From the NCBI GenBank assembly GCA_965262725.1, contig OZ253555.1:3541408-3605407 (forward strand): a DNA stretch of 64,000 bases. The letters run 5' to 3'. The position numbers were made by a program, and so were the translations under genes. Source of the DNA: Dehalococcoidia bacterium (GTDB lineage: Bacteria > Chloroflexota > Dehalococcoidia > UBA2979). Below are positions 26,444 to 37,351 of this stretch, one piece after another; position 1 is the first letter of the stretch, and the number at the start of each line of letters is the position of its first letter. A model generated the notes under the pieces. It worked only from the letters and a program-made list of their open reading frames with translations. It ran no database searches and was not told the origin of the DNA.

Positions 26444-26601
26444 GCGGAGCGGCGCCATCCGCGCCGAACGCCGTGCCACCCACCTGCACGGGCCGCCCGT
26501 GGGCGATTATCCCCTCGTCGCCTGCCGGCGGCGGGGGACCCGTGGTCTCCGGCGGTCCGGTCGTCGCCGAGGCGACGCCGGGCTGAACCGAATTCAGTCT
26601 C

Positions 26602-27318
26602 CTACGAGTCGCCGCCCAGCGCCACCACCTGCGTCACATCCATCGCGATTCCCGGTCCCATCGTGGAGGCGAGCGAGGCCCCGCGGAGCATCTGACCCTT
26701 GCCGCCGCTGGGGCGGTTGCGCTGGATCTCGCCGATCAGCGTCGAGAGATTCTCGATCAACTGACCCTCCTCGAACGAGGCCTTGCCGATCGCGCAGTGG
26801 ATCAGGTTGGTGCGATCGAGGCGGAACTCGACCCGGCCGGACTTCGCCTCGCGCACGCCTCGTGCGAGGTCGACGTTCTCGAGCACCGTGTTGTTGCGGG
26901 GGTTCGGCATCAGGCCGCGCGGGCCGAGCAGCCGGCCGAGGCGGCCGATTTTCGGCATCATCTCGCGCTGCGCGAGCACCACGTCGAAGTCCAGCTCACC
27001 GGCCTCGAAGCGTCGCGCGAGGTCGTCAGAGCCGACGGAGTCCGCGCCGGCCTCCAGAGCCAGGGTCGCCGCCTCGCCCTCGGCGAAGACCGCGACGCGC
27101 ATCATCCGCCCCAGGCCGTGCGGTAGCACCACAGACCCGCGCACCTGCTGGTCGGCGTGGCGACCGTCGAGACCCGTGCGGAGGTGGACTTCGATCGTCT
27201 CGTCGAACCTGGCGGTCGCCGTCTCGCGAGCCAGCGCGACGGCTTCCTGCGGCGAGTAGAGGCGGTCCCCCTCGACGCGGGCTCTGACCGCCTCCATCCG
27301 TTTCCCCGACTTGGTCAT
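26602..27318 (-). CDS. rplA: 50S ribosomal protein L1
   Basis: ORF 26602..27318. FDETIEVHLRTG, GRLLGPRGLMPNP. Confidence 0.95.
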   Translation of the reverse strand: MTKSGKRMEAVRARVEGDRLYSPQEAVALARETATARFDETIEVHLRTGLDGRHADQQVRGSVVLPHGLGRMMRVAVFAEGEAATLALEAGADSVGSDDLARRFEAGELDFDVVLAQREMMPKIGRLGRLLGPRGLMPNPRNNTVLENVDLARGVREAKSGRVEFRLDRTNLIHCAIGKASFEEGQLIENLSTLIGEIQRNRPSGGKGQMLRGASLASTMGPGIAMDVTQVVALGGDS

Positions 27319-27740
27319 CAGGCGACCTCGATCCCCATTGAGCGCGCGGTTCCCGCCACGGTACGCATCGCCTGCTCCATGTCGGTCGTGTTCAGGTCGG
27401 GCAGCTTGATCGCGGCGATCGCCCGCACCTGCTCCCGCGACACCCGCCCCGCGGCCTCCATCTTCGGATTCGGCGAGCCCTTCTCGACCCCCGCGGCCTT
27501 GCGCAGCAGATCGGAGACCGGCGGCGTCTTCAGGATGAAGACGAACGAGCGGTCCTCGTAGATCGTGATCTGGGCCGGGATGATCTGGCCCGTCTGCTGC
27601 TGCGTCTGCGCGTTGTACGTCTTGCAGAACTCCATGATGTTGATGCCGTGCGGACCGAGGGCGGTCCCCACCGGCGGCGCGGGATTCGCCTGACCCGCCG
27701 GAATCTGCAACGTGACCTGCGCGCGCACCTTCTTCGCCAT
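27318..27740 (-). CDS. rplK: 50S ribosomal protein L11
   Basis: Lower part of ORF 27318..27848, from ATG 27738-27740 ([29 protein letters not shown]). Stop overlaps the rplA ATG by 1 nt. Confidence 0.95.
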   Translation of the reverse strand: MAKKVRAQVTLQIPAGQANPAPPVGTALGPHGINIMEFCKTYNAQTQQQTGQIIPAQITIYEDRSFVFILKTPPVSDLLRKAAGVEKGSPNPKMEAAGRVSREQVRAIAAIKLPDLNTTDMEQAMRTVAGTARSMGIEVA

Positions 27741-27801
27741 CAGTCCGCCCCCCGCCCGCGCGCGCAGGGCTCCGACCCTGCGACGCGCCGTGCCATCCGC
27801 G

Positions 27802-28353
27802 CTATTGCTTCTCGACCTGGAGGAAGTCCAACTCGACGGGCGTGTCACGCCCGAACATGGAGAGCATCACGCGCACCTTGCCCTTGTCGAGGTTGATTTC
27901 GTCGACGAGTCCCACGAAGTCCGTGAACGGACCGTCGATCACGCGCACCGATTCGCCGGGCTCGAAGCCGACGTTGATGCGCGCCGGCGCGGAGTCCATC
28001 TCGCGAAGGATGCGGTTCACCTCATCGTCGGCGAGGGCGGTGGGGCGCGCTCGCTCGTCCGCGCTCGCTCCCGCGAAGCCCGTGACGCCCGGCGTGTTGC
28101 GAACCACGTACCACGAGGCATCGTCCATCACCATCTGGACGAAGACATACCCCGGGAAGAGCTTCTTCGAGACGGTCCGGCGCTGTCCCTCCCGGATCTC
28201 GATCTCGTTCTCCGTCGGGATCACCACCCGGAAGATGCGGTCGCCGACGTCCATGGTCTTGATACGCTGCTCGAGGTTGGTGCGCACCTTGTTCTCGTAG
28301 CCCGAGTAGGTCTGCACGATGAACCAGGCCCGCCCGTCATCGACGTCGGCCAC
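27802..28353 (-). CDS. nusG: Transcription termination/antitermination factor NusG
   Basis: ORF 27802..28353. [15 protein letters not shown]-terminal [19 protein letters not shown]. Confidence 0.95.
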   Translation of the reverse strand: MADVDDGRAWFIVQTYSGYENKVRTNLEQRIKTMDVGDRIFRVVIPTENEIEIREGQRRTVSKKLFPGYVFVQMVMDDASWYVVRNTPGVTGFAGASADERARPTALADDEVNRILREMDSAPARINVGFEPGESVRVIDGPFTDFVGLVDEINLDKGKVRVMLSMFGRDTPVELDFLQVEKQ

Positions 28354-28417
28354 TGCCGCCGCCTCGGCGTCCGCGCCGTTCTCCGTGGTGAACTCTAGGT
28401 CGGCCAGGATGCCCCCC

Positions 28418-28735
28418 TTAGCGCAGAATCGTGCGCTCCACGATCCAGCTGAAGCCGAGATCGGCGCCGCCGAGGACGGCCCCGAAGAAGATCGAGACCA
28501 CCACGACGACGAGCGTGAGATGGTAGACCTCCGAGCGCCCCGGCCACGTCACCTTCCGCAACTCCCCGATGATGTCGCGCGCCCACAGCGGCTTCAGCAG
28601 CGATCCCCGTCGCGGTGAATCCGGGGATGATGGGGCGGAGGGCGCCATCGGCGTGCGTCCCGCAGACGCCTGCCGTTGCTGAGCCCGCTGGCGACGCTCC
28701 GCGCGCTCCTGTGCTCGCCTCGACGCCCGACCCAT
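28418..28735 (-). CDS. secE: Preprotein translocase subunit SecE (with a basic N-terminal extension)
   Basis: ORF 28418..28735. ELRKVTWPGRSEV followed by one TM helix. Position between rpmG and nusG. The start is uncertain. Confidence 0.8.
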   Translation of the reverse strand: MGRASRRAQERAERRQRAQQRQASAGRTPMAPSAPSSPDSPRRGSLLKPLWARDIIGELRKVTWPGRSEVYHLTLVVVVVSIFFGAVLGGADLGFSWIVERTILR

Positions 28736-28765
28736 GAACCGTCCCGTCCCCCGCTGCTCGCTCCG

Positions 28766-28927
28766 CTAGCGCGTCTCTCGATACAGCTGCCGCTGGCGGC
28801 AGCGCGGGCAGAACTTGCGCAGCTCCAGCCGGTCCGGATCGTTCCGCCGGTTTTTCCTGGTGTGGTAGTTCCGCTCGCGGCACTCCGTGCACGCCAGGGT
28901 GATGTGGATACGATCGCCCTTCGCCAC
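28766..28927 (-). CDS. rpmG: 50S ribosomal protein L33
   Basis: Own translation from GTG 28925-28927: [53 protein letters not shown]. Not in the ORF track (53 aa). Confidence 0.85.
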   Translation of the reverse strand: MAKGDRIHITLACTECRERNYHTRKNRRNDPDRLELRKFCPRCRQRQLYRETR

Positions 28928-28978
28928 GCTCTCCCCCTCGGCCCTGCTCCCGAAAGCCCCGTCGGTCCCCCGGCTCGC

Positions 28979-30178
28979 CTACTCGATGATCTGCGTCACC
29001 ACGCCCGCACCCACCGTGCGGCCGCCCTCCCGAATCGCAAACCGCAGACCCTGCTCCACCGCCACCGGCGTGATCAGCTCCACGTTCAACGCCACGTTAT
29101 CCCCGGGCATGACCATCTCGGTCCCCTCGGGCAACGTCACCACTCCCGTCACGTCCGTCGTCCGCACGTAAAACTGCGGCCGGTACCCGCTGAAGAACGG
29201 CGTGTGCCGTCCCCCCTCCTCCTTCGACAGGATGTACACCTCGCCCGCAAACCGCGTGTGCGGCGTGATCGACCCAGGCGCCGCCAGCACCTGCCCGCGC
29301 TCCACGTCCGTTCGCTCGATCCCCCGCAGTAGCGCCCCCACGTTGTCCCCGGCCTCCCCGGAGTCAAGAAGCTTCTTGAACATCTCCACTCCGGTCACCG
29401 TCGTCTTCCGCGTCGGACGGATCCCCACGATCTCGATCTCGTCCCCCACGTTCACCACGCCGCGCTCGATTCGACCCGTTACCACCGTCCCACGACCCTT
29501 GATCCCGAACACGTCCTCGATCGGCATCAAGAACGGCTGGTCCTTCGGTCGGTCCGGCTGCGGTATGTACTCGTCCACCGACGACATCAGCTCCAGAATC
29601 GGCGCGTACTCCGTCGCACCCACGTCCGTCGACTCCGACTCCAGCGCCGCCAGCGCCGACCCTCGAATGATCGGCACGTCGTCACCAGGAAACTCGTTGT
29701 CCGACAACAGATCCCGAAGCTCCAGCTCCACCAGCTCCAGAAGCTCCTCGTCCTCCATCATGTCGACCTTGTTCAGAAACACCACCACCGACGGCACCTG
29801 CACCTGCCGCGCCAGCAACAGGTGCTCCCGCGTCTGCGGCATCGGCCCGTCCGGCGCCGCCACCACCAGAATCGCCCCGTCCATCTGCGCCGCACCCGTG
29901 ATCATGTTCTTGATGTAGTCCGCGTGCCCCGGACAGTCCACGTGCGCGTAGTGACGGCTCTCCGTCTCGTACTCCACGTGCTGAATAGCAATCGTGATCC
30001 CCCGCTTACGTTCCTCCGGCGCGTTGTCGATCGAGTCGAACGGACGGAACTCCGCATCCCCGCGCATCGACAGCACCTTCGTGATCGCCGCCGTCAGCGT
30101 CGTCTTCCCGTGGTCGACGTGACCAATAGTCCCCACGTTCGCGTGCGGCTTCGTTCGCGCAAACCTGTCCTTCGCCAT
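28979..30178 (-). CDS. tuf: Elongation factor Tu
   Basis: ORF 28979..30178. [22 protein letters not shown]. Confidence 0.98.
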   Translation of the reverse strand: MAKDRFARTKPHANVGTIGHVDHGKTTLTAAITKVLSMRGDAEFRPFDSIDNAPEERKRGITIAIQHVEYETESRHYAHVDCPGHADYIKNMITGAAQMDGAILVVAAPDGPMPQTREHLLLARQVQVPSVVVFLNKVDMMEDEELLELVELELRDLLSDNEFPGDDVPIIRGSALAALESESTDVGATEYAPILELMSSVDEYIPQPDRPKDQPFLMPIEDVFGIKGRGTVVTGRIERGVVNVGDEIEIVGIRPTRKTTVTGVEMFKKLLDSGEAGDNVGALLRGIERTDVERGQVLAAPGSITPHTRFAGEVYILSKEEGGRHTPFFSGYRPQFYVRTTDVTGVVTLPEGTEMVMPGDNVALNVELITPVAVEQGLRFAIREGGRTVGAGVVTQIIE

Positions 30179-30242
30179 TCCCTACGCTCCCTCGTCCGCT
30201 CCCGCAGACCCACTACGCGCGCCGACACCTGTATCGGGGTGA

Positions 30243-30318
30243 TGGAGCCCTCAAGCAGATTCGAACTGCTGACCTCGTTCTTACCAAGAACGCGCTCTGC
30301 CGGCTGAGCTATGAGGGC
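30243..30318 (-). tRNA. tRNA-Thr (anticodon GGT), CCA encoded
   Basis: Manual fold: acceptor GCCCTCA/TGAGGGC, anticodon arm CGTTC-TTGGTAA-GAACG, T arm AGCAG-TTCGAAT-CTGCT. Confidence 0.9.
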
Positions 30319-30367
30319 CCAACTGCGCCGCAGGTCCATCCCTCCGGATCGCGACGCCGCTCATTCC

Positions 30368-30453
30368 TGGTGCAGGGGGCAGGATTCGAACCTGCGTAGC
30401 CTTGCGGCGGCGGATTTACAGTCCGCTGGAATTAACCACTCTCCCACCCCTGC
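30368..30453 (-). tRNA. tRNA-Tyr (anticodon GTA), long variable arm, CCA encoded
   Basis: Manual fold: acceptor GCAGGGG/CCCCTGC, anticodon loop CTGTAAA, T loop GGTTCGAATCC. Confidence 0.9.
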
Positions 30454-30519
30454 GTGTCCGCGCACACACACCACGGGCACCCGCCGAGCGCCCCTCGGGG
30501 CCCGCCGTCCCGGCGGATC

Positions 30520-30595
30520 TGGAGCCCGAGAGGGGATTCGAACCCACTAACCTACCGATTACAAATCGGTTGCGCTGCCATTGCGCCACTCGGGC
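30520..30595 (-). tRNA. tRNA-Thr (anticodon TGT), CCA encoded; one irregular T-stem position
   Basis: Manual fold: acceptor GCCCGAG/CTCGGGC, D stem GCGC/GCGC, anticodon arm ACCGA-TTTGTAA-TCGGT. T stem GTGGG/CCCCT has a U-C mismatch or a bulged U. Confidence 0.8.
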
Positions 30596-30673
30596 GGCGG
30601 GACACCGGCGATGCCCCCGGGTTCCCCGCGAGGGCCGCGCGCGTCAGGCGCACGCGGGCGCATCCGGCTAACG

Positions 30674-30703
30674 AGTATATGAAGGGGCCCCCGCGTGCGT
30701 CCA
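30674..30703 (-). promoter_or_regulatory. Candidate promoter of the tRNA-tuf operon, TGGACG - 18 nt - TATACT
   Basis: Read on the minus strand: -35 at 30698-30703, -10 at 30674-30679, about 80 nt upstream of tRNA-Thr(TGT). Confidence 0.4.
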
Positions 30704-30724
30704 GCCAGCGCCGCCGCGCATCCG

Positions 30725-32172
<1,448 letters not shown>

Positions 32173-32173
<1 letters not shown>

Positions 32174-32901
32174 CAGCGCTCTCCCGCCGCGGTCGCATCA
32201 CCCGCGCCACCGCTTCCGGGCTCGCCCGGCCCGACCGGCGGGGAGCCGTCCGGCGCGGGCACCGCCGCCCCCACGTCGCGCGCGCCGAGATCCCGCTCGA
32301 GGCTCTCGAGGCGGCGCTCCAAGGCGTCGATGCGGTCCCAGCCGGGATCGGGGAGGCGCTCGACCGTCTCGTCGCCGGCCGCGGTGACGGCGACGACGTG
32401 GCCGGGGACTCCGACCACAGTGGCGTAGGGGGGGACGCTCGACACCACGACCGCGCCCGCCCCGATGCGCGAGTGGTGGCCGATGATCACCGCGCCGATG
32501 ATCTTCGCCCCGGCGCCCACCACGACGTGGTCCTCCAGCGTCGGGTGGCGCTTCTCCCGGCGCGTCGACGTGCCGCCGAGCGTCACGCCCTGGTAGAGAT
32601 GGCAGTGATCCCCGATCTCGGCCGTCTCGCCTATCACCACGCCCATCCCGTGATCGATGAAGAGACGCGACCCGATCCGCGCCCGGGGATGGATCTCGAT
32701 GCCCGTCAGAAGCCGTCCGAGGTGCGCTACCACGCGGGCCACGAGCGCCAGCCCGGCCGCGTCGAGCCGGTGCGCGAGGCGGTGCACCAGCAGCGCGTGG
32801 ACGCCCGGGTAGGCGAGGAGCACCTCCGCGGCGGATCGCGCCGCCGGGTCGCGCTCCTGCGCGGTGCGCACGGCATCCCCGATCGACGAGAGCCAGTTCA
32901 T
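32173..32901 (-). CDS. cysE: Serine O-acetyltransferase with an unusual roughly 65-aa C-terminal tail
   Basis: Lower part of ORF 32173..33180, from ATG 32899-32901 ([21 protein letters not shown]). Hexapeptide repeats [26 protein letters not shown]. Stop overlaps the cysS ATG by 1 nt. Confidence 0.85.
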
Positions 32902-33109
32902 CGGTGAGTCCTCGTGGCCCCGCGCGGCCACCGCCGCGCGGAGGCCGGCCGCCGCCGGCCGAGCCCGGGGCGATTCCCTCGGGGACGCCGCCCCATCAGG
33001 AGACTGCGGGGCGGGGCGGAAGGAGCCGCGGCCCCTCCATCGGGGCGCGGGGCGCGGATGCGCTGGGAACCACCGTCCACTCCGACTCGTCCTGCCCCCA
33101 CACGAGAGT

Positions 33110-33589
33110 TTACGCCACATCCTCCTCGAGCATGGCCACGGCCATCGCCGCGATCGCCTCGCCGCGACCGATCTCACCAAGCCCCTCGTTGGTCGTCGCC
33201 TTGACGTTGACCCGACCGGGCTCGACCCCGAGCGTGCGTGCGATGGACTCGCGCATCGCCGAAATCAGCGCCCCGATGCGGGGACGCTCCGCCAGCACCG
33301 TCGCGTCGATATTGGAGACGCGGTACCGCTGTGCGGCGACGAGCCGCGAGGCGCGGCGCAGCAGCTCGCGGCTGTCGATTCCGGCGATCGAGGGCTCACC
33401 CGGCGGGAAGTGCTGGCCGATGTCTCCCTGACCGGCGGCCCCGAGCAGGGCATCGGTGATCGCGTGCAGCAACGCATCGCCGTCCGAGTGCCCCAGCAGC
33501 CGGGGAGCGCCCGCCACGTCGATGCCGCCGAGGCGCAGCGTTCCGACGTCGCCGAGGCGATGCACGTCGTAACCGATGCCCACGCGCAT
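33110..33589 (-). CDS. ispF: 2-C-methyl-D-erythritol 2,4-cyclodiphosphate synthase
   Basis: ORF 33110..33589. [30 protein letters not shown]. Confidence 0.95.
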   Translation of the reverse strand: MRVGIGYDVHRLGDVGTLRLGGIDVAGAPRLLGHSDGDALLHAITDALLGAAGQGDIGQHFPPGEPSIAGIDSRELLRRASRLVAAQRYRVSNIDATVLAERPRIGALISAMRESIARTLGVEPGRVNVKATTNEGLGEIGRGEAIAAMAVAMLEEDVA

Positions 33590-34320
33590 CAGGAGCTCCC
33601 GACTCCTCGCCCGGCGGCCCGAGCAAGCTCCTCAGCGCGCACCGCGGCCCGGACCCGCACGAGGTCGGAGGCGGTCGTGACCTTCACGTTCTCCTCCTCG
33701 CCATCGACGAGCCCGACGGGCTCCCCGATGCGCTCCACCAGTGACGCGCAGTCGGTCGCCTCGCTCGACCCCGGTTCCGACGCCGACACCAAGGCCCGCC
33801 GCAGCAGTTCGCCGGAGAACGCCTGAGGCGTCTGGGCGGCGCGCAAAGGTCCCCGCGCCAGCGTTTGCACCACCCGACCGCCGCCGTCGACCTCCTTGAT
33901 GGTGTCGACGACGGGCACGCCGGGGAGCGCCGCTCCGTGCACCCGCGCCGCATCCAGCACCCGGAGCGCGAGCTCGCGAGAGGCGAGCGGCCGGGCCGCG
34001 TCGTGCACCAGGTACCAGAGGGCATCGGGCGCGGCGGCGACACCGGCGGCGACCGAGTCTTGCCTCCGCGGACCGCCCTCCACCAGGAGCAGCCGCCCAG
34101 CGCGGGCGAGCCGGGCGAGGTCGTCGTGGCGGGCCTCGGGCGCCACGACGACGACGCGCTCGACGACGGGGAGGGAGGTGAGCATCGCGAGCGGCCGCCC
34201 GACGAGCGGGGCTCCACCGAGGTCGGCCCACAGCTTCTGCCGGTCCGCTGCCGCCGCCTCCCCCATGCGAGCGGAGGATCCGGCCGCGAGCAGGATCGCG
34301 ACGACCGCGCCCGCCCTCAT
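33589..34320 (-). CDS. ispD: 2-C-methyl-D-erythritol 4-phosphate cytidylyltransferase
   Basis: Lower part of ORF 33589..34371, from ATG 34318-34320 (MRAGAVVAILLAAGSSARMG). Stop overlaps the ispF ATG by 1 nt. Confidence 0.9.
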   Translation of the reverse strand: MRAGAVVAILLAAGSSARMGEAAAADRQKLWADLGGAPLVGRPLAMLTSLPVVERVVVVAPEARHDDLARLARAGRLLLVEGGPRRQDSVAAGVAAAPDALWYLVHDAARPLASRELALRVLDAARVHGAALPGVPVVDTIKEVDGGGRVVQTLARGPLRAAQTPQAFSGELLRRALVSASEPGSSEATDCASLVERIGEPVGLVDGEEENVKVTTASDLVRVRAAVRAEELARAAGRGVGSS

Positions 34321-34473
34321 TCCCTCGCGGGCCGGCGCCTGCCGGCGCCGTGTGTCGGCACGCTCCGGCATGAGGCCTCACCCCCGGTCGGCCACGCCCC
34401 AGCGCGGCGCACTGGCGGCGACAGCGTAGCGATCCCCACGGCCCGGGGCCACGCGCGGCGGCCGGCGGCAACG

Positions 34474-34502
34474 TGGACCCCCCGGGGACGCTCGGATAAG
34501 CT
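34474..34502 (+). promoter_or_regulatory. Candidate promoter, TGGACC - 17 nt - TAAGCT
   Basis: Lies 55 nt upstream of the radical SAM ATG 34558 (SD GGAGGAGGAGG). Confidence 0.3.
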
Positions 34503-34557
34503 CGATCGTCACGTCCCCGGTCGGGAGCCCCCGCTCGTGTTCGGAGGAGGAGGCGCT

Positions 34558-36483
34558 ATGGACGCTGGCTATGGGTCGCTCCTGCGCCGCGTGTCGCGCC
34601 CCGCGCGCTACACCGGCGGCGAGCTCAACTCCATCGTGAAGGACTGGGATGCGCACCCGCTCCGCGTCGCGCTCGCCTATCCCGACATCTACGACCTCGG
34701 GATGTCCAACCTCGGCCTCATGATCCTCTACGACATCGTCAACCGCCGCGACGACGCTCTAGCGGAGCGCGTGTTCTCTCCGTGGGTGGATATGGAGGAG
34801 CTCCTGCGCGAGCGCGGCGAGGCGCTGCGCTCGCTCGAGAGCCACCACCCGGTCCGCGACTTCGACATCCTCGGCATCACGCTGCAGTACGAGGCCTGCT
34901 ACACGAACGTGCTCAACATGCTCGATCTCTCGGGCATCGCGCTCCGGACTGCCGACCGCTCAGACGACGACACGATCGTGATCGCCGGTGGCTCGTGCGC
35001 GCTCGAGCCCGAGCCCCTCTCTCCCTTCATCGACGCCTTCGCGCTGGGCGAGGGTGAGGAGTTGATCCGCGAGATCCTCGACGTCGTGGCCGCCTGGAAA
35101 CGCGAGGGCGGCGGCCCCAGGCGCGAGCTCCACCGCCGCCTCGCCGGCATCGCCGGCATCTATGTCCCCTCGCTCTACGAGCAGCGCTACAAGGCCGACG
35201 GGACCATCGCCGAGACTGTGCCAGTCGACGACGCCGCGCCGCCGCGTCCCGTGAGGCGGGTGCTGCAGCGCCTCGAGCCCGCCATCACGCGTCCGATCGT
35301 CCCGTTCATGGAGGTCGTGCACGACCGCGCGGCGGTGGAGATCCAGCGCGGCTGTACCCAGGGCTGCCGCTTCTGCCAGGCGGGAATGATCTACCGTCCC
35401 ACGCGGGAACGCAGCGTCGAGGAGGTCGTCCAGGCGGCCGGGGAGCTGATGGCCAACACCGGCTACGAGGAGATCTCCCTGATGTCGCTCTCCACCACCG
35501 ATCACCGCGAGATCGGCCCGATGGTCCATGCACTGATGGATGCCTACGGCGACCGGGGCCTCAAGCTGTCGATCCCCTCCACGCGGGTCGACTCGTTCTC
35601 GGTCGAGGTCGCCAACGCCGTCGCCCGCGGCAAGAAACACACGCTCACCCTCGCGCCCGAGGCCGGCTCGCAGCGACTGCGCAACACGATCAACAAGCTC
35701 GTCTCGGAGCAGGACATCCTGACCGCCGCCGAGAACGCCTTTCAGAACGGCTGGACCTCGATCAAGATGTACTTCATGGTCGGGCAGCCGACCGAGACCG
35801 ACTTCGACATCGAGGAGATCGTCCGGATTGCCGCGGAGGTGCGGGCGATCGGCCGGCGGCACGTGGGCGGAAGAGCGCGCGTGCGTGTCTCGACGTCCAA
35901 CTTCATCCCGAAGGCGCACACGCCGTACCAGTGGATCGGGCAGACGGACGCCGAGACGCTGCGCCGCCGCCATCGCATCCTGCGCGACGGCTGCCGCCGC
36001 GAGAGGGTGCAATTCAGCTGGGAAGACCCGGAGAAGTCCCTGCTCGAGGCCGTACTCTCGCGCGGAGACCGACGCGTCGCCGAGGTGATCGAGACCGCGT
36101 GGCGTCTCGGCGCGACGTTCGACTCGTGGTCCGACCGCCACGACTGGTCGCTCTGGGAGCGCGCCTTCGCCGAGCACGACCTGGACCCCGCGTTCTACGG
36201 GCAGCGGGACCGTGATCTCTGGGAGCAGCTGCCGTGGTCCCACATCCACGGCGGCATCGAGCCCTCCTTCCTGCGAGCGGAGTGGATGAAGACGCTGAAC
36301 GAGGAGATCACGCTCGACTGCAAGCGCGACCCGTGCAACGTCTGCGGCATGCAGAACGAGCACGGCGAGTGCCGCCACAAGATCGGAGAGCTTGTCGCCT
36401 TCAAGCGGGCCGGCGACGACGTGAAGGGCCGCCGCATCGCCGAGGAGCGCGAGCGGCTGGCCGTCCCGCTCACGCTCGTCTAG
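34558..36483 (+). CDS. Radical SAM protein of the uncharacterised TIGR03960-like type (B12-binding-like N-terminal region plus rSAM core)
   Basis: Lower part of ORF 33865..36483, from ATG 34558. CxxxCxxC as EIQRGCTQGCRFCQAGMIY. C-terminal Cys cluster CKRDPCNVCG..EHGEC. Confidence 0.85.
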   Translation: MDAGYGSLLRRVSRPARYTGGELNSIVKDWDAHPLRVALAYPDIYDLGMSNLGLMILYDIVNRRDDALAERVFSPWVDMEELLRERGEALRSLESHHPVRDFDILGITLQYEACYTNVLNMLDLSGIALRTADRSDDDTIVIAGGSCALEPEPLSPFIDAFALGEGEELIREILDVVAAWKREGGGPRRELHRRLAGIAGIYVPSLYEQRYKADGTIAETVPVDDAAPPRPVRRVLQRLEPAITRPIVPFMEVVHDRAAVEIQRGCTQGCRFCQAGMIYRPTRERSVEEVVQAAGELMANTGYEEISLMSLSTTDHREIGPMVHALMDAYGDRGLKLSIPSTRVDSFSVEVANAVARGKKHTLTLAPEAGSQRLRNTINKLVSEQDILTAAENAFQNGWTSIKMYFMVGQPTETDFDIEEIVRIAAEVRAIGRRHVGGRARVRVSTSNFIPKAHTPYQWIGQTDAETLRRRHRILRDGCRRERVQFSWEDPEKSLLEAVLSRGDRRVAEVIETAWRLGATFDSWSDRHDWSLWERAFAEHDLDPAFYGQRDRDLWEQLPWSHIHGGIEPSFLRAEWMKTLNEEITLDCKRDPCNVCGMQNEHGECRHKIGELVAFKRAGDDVKGRRIAEERERLAVPLTLV

Positions 36484-36577
36484 CAGTCCCCCGCGCATTC
36501 CTGCGCCCGCTGGCGTCCCCGGCGGCGACACTCCACCCGCGCGGCGTCCCCCCGCCGCCGGGTGAGGCCCGCGCGCC

Positions 36578-37351
36578 TCAGCGGCGCGACTCCCACCGGA
36601 AGAACCGGACCGCGATCAGCATCGCGGCGGCCAGCCAGGCGGCCATGACCGCGAGGTGCACCGCCTCGAACCCCGCGCCCCGCTCGAACGGGTCGAAGGA
36701 GGCGTGCAGCGCGAGCGCGAAGTGCCGCACCGGGAAGAGGTCGGCGAACGTCGTCAGCCACGCCGGTGCGTCGTCCAGCGGGATGAAGACGTCAGAGACG
36801 AAGAGCAGCGGGAGAACCGAGGCGTTCACGATCGCCGGCGACGCCTCGGCGTTGGGGATCACGGTGGTCACGGCGAGCCCGAGGGCGCTGAAGGTAGCCG
36901 AGCCGATGATCAGGGTCAGGGCGAAGGCCGGCAGCGTGCGCGTCGGGACGGCCGTGTCGTAGAAGACCACGCCGGCGGCGGACACCACGACAACGAGCAG
37001 GACTCCTATCAGGACAGCGTGCCCCACCTTCCCGCCCAGGAGCGCCCACGTCGGGAGCGGCGTCCCGCGCACGCGCTTGAGCAGGCCCTGATCCCTCGAG
37101 AACGAGAGCCCCATCGCCACGTTGGTGTAGCACGCCCCGATCACCGACATGGCGATGATGCCGGGGACGTAGAAGGTCGAGATGCCCGCCGTGCCGCCGG
37201 AGAGTTCCACGGTGCCGCCCCCGAAGATCAGGTTGAAGATCACCAGGAACATCAGCGGGAAGACGATCGTGAAGAACGCCGCGGGAGGGTTACGCCAGAA
37301 CGACCTGTTCTCGTACCTCACCTGCCGCAGCACGACGGCGACGGGGCGCAC
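36578..37351 (-). CDS. ABC-2 type transporter permease
   Basis: ORF 36578..37351. Six hydrophobic helices. Start abuts the ATPase stop. Confidence 0.8.
   Translation of the reverse strand: MRPVAVVLRQVRYENRSFWRNPPAAFFTIVFPLMFLVIFNLIFGGGTVELSGGTAGISTFYVPGIIAMSVIGACYTNVAMGLSFSRDQGLLKRVRGTPLPTWALLGGKVGHAVLIGVLLVVVVSAAGVVFYDTAVPTRTLPAFALTLIIGSATFSALGLAVTTVIPNAEASPAIVNASVLPLLFVSDVFIPLDDAPAWLTTFADLFPVRHFALALHASFDPFERGAGFEAVHLAVMAAWLAAAMLIAVRFFRWESRR

Noticed and set aside
33062-33082. GGUGGUUCCCAGCG on the minus strand upstream of cysE, reminiscent of the T-box motif GGUGGUACCGCG.
   Set aside because: It has an insertion relative to the consensus. It sits at the 5' end rather than the 3' end of the 208-nt leader. 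I could trace no specifier loop, Stem I features or terminator/sequestrator.
33865-34557. N-terminal 231 aa of track ORF 33865-36483. Similar long N-terminal extensions occur in ORFs 47535-49097, 54047-55567, 55179-57164, 61277-63313, 32173-33180, 13212-14609 and 11447-13321.
   Set aside because: The extensions are low-complexity, overlap neighbouring genes and lack homology-like motifs. Internal starts with SD sequences or start/stop coupling give proteins of the expected length.
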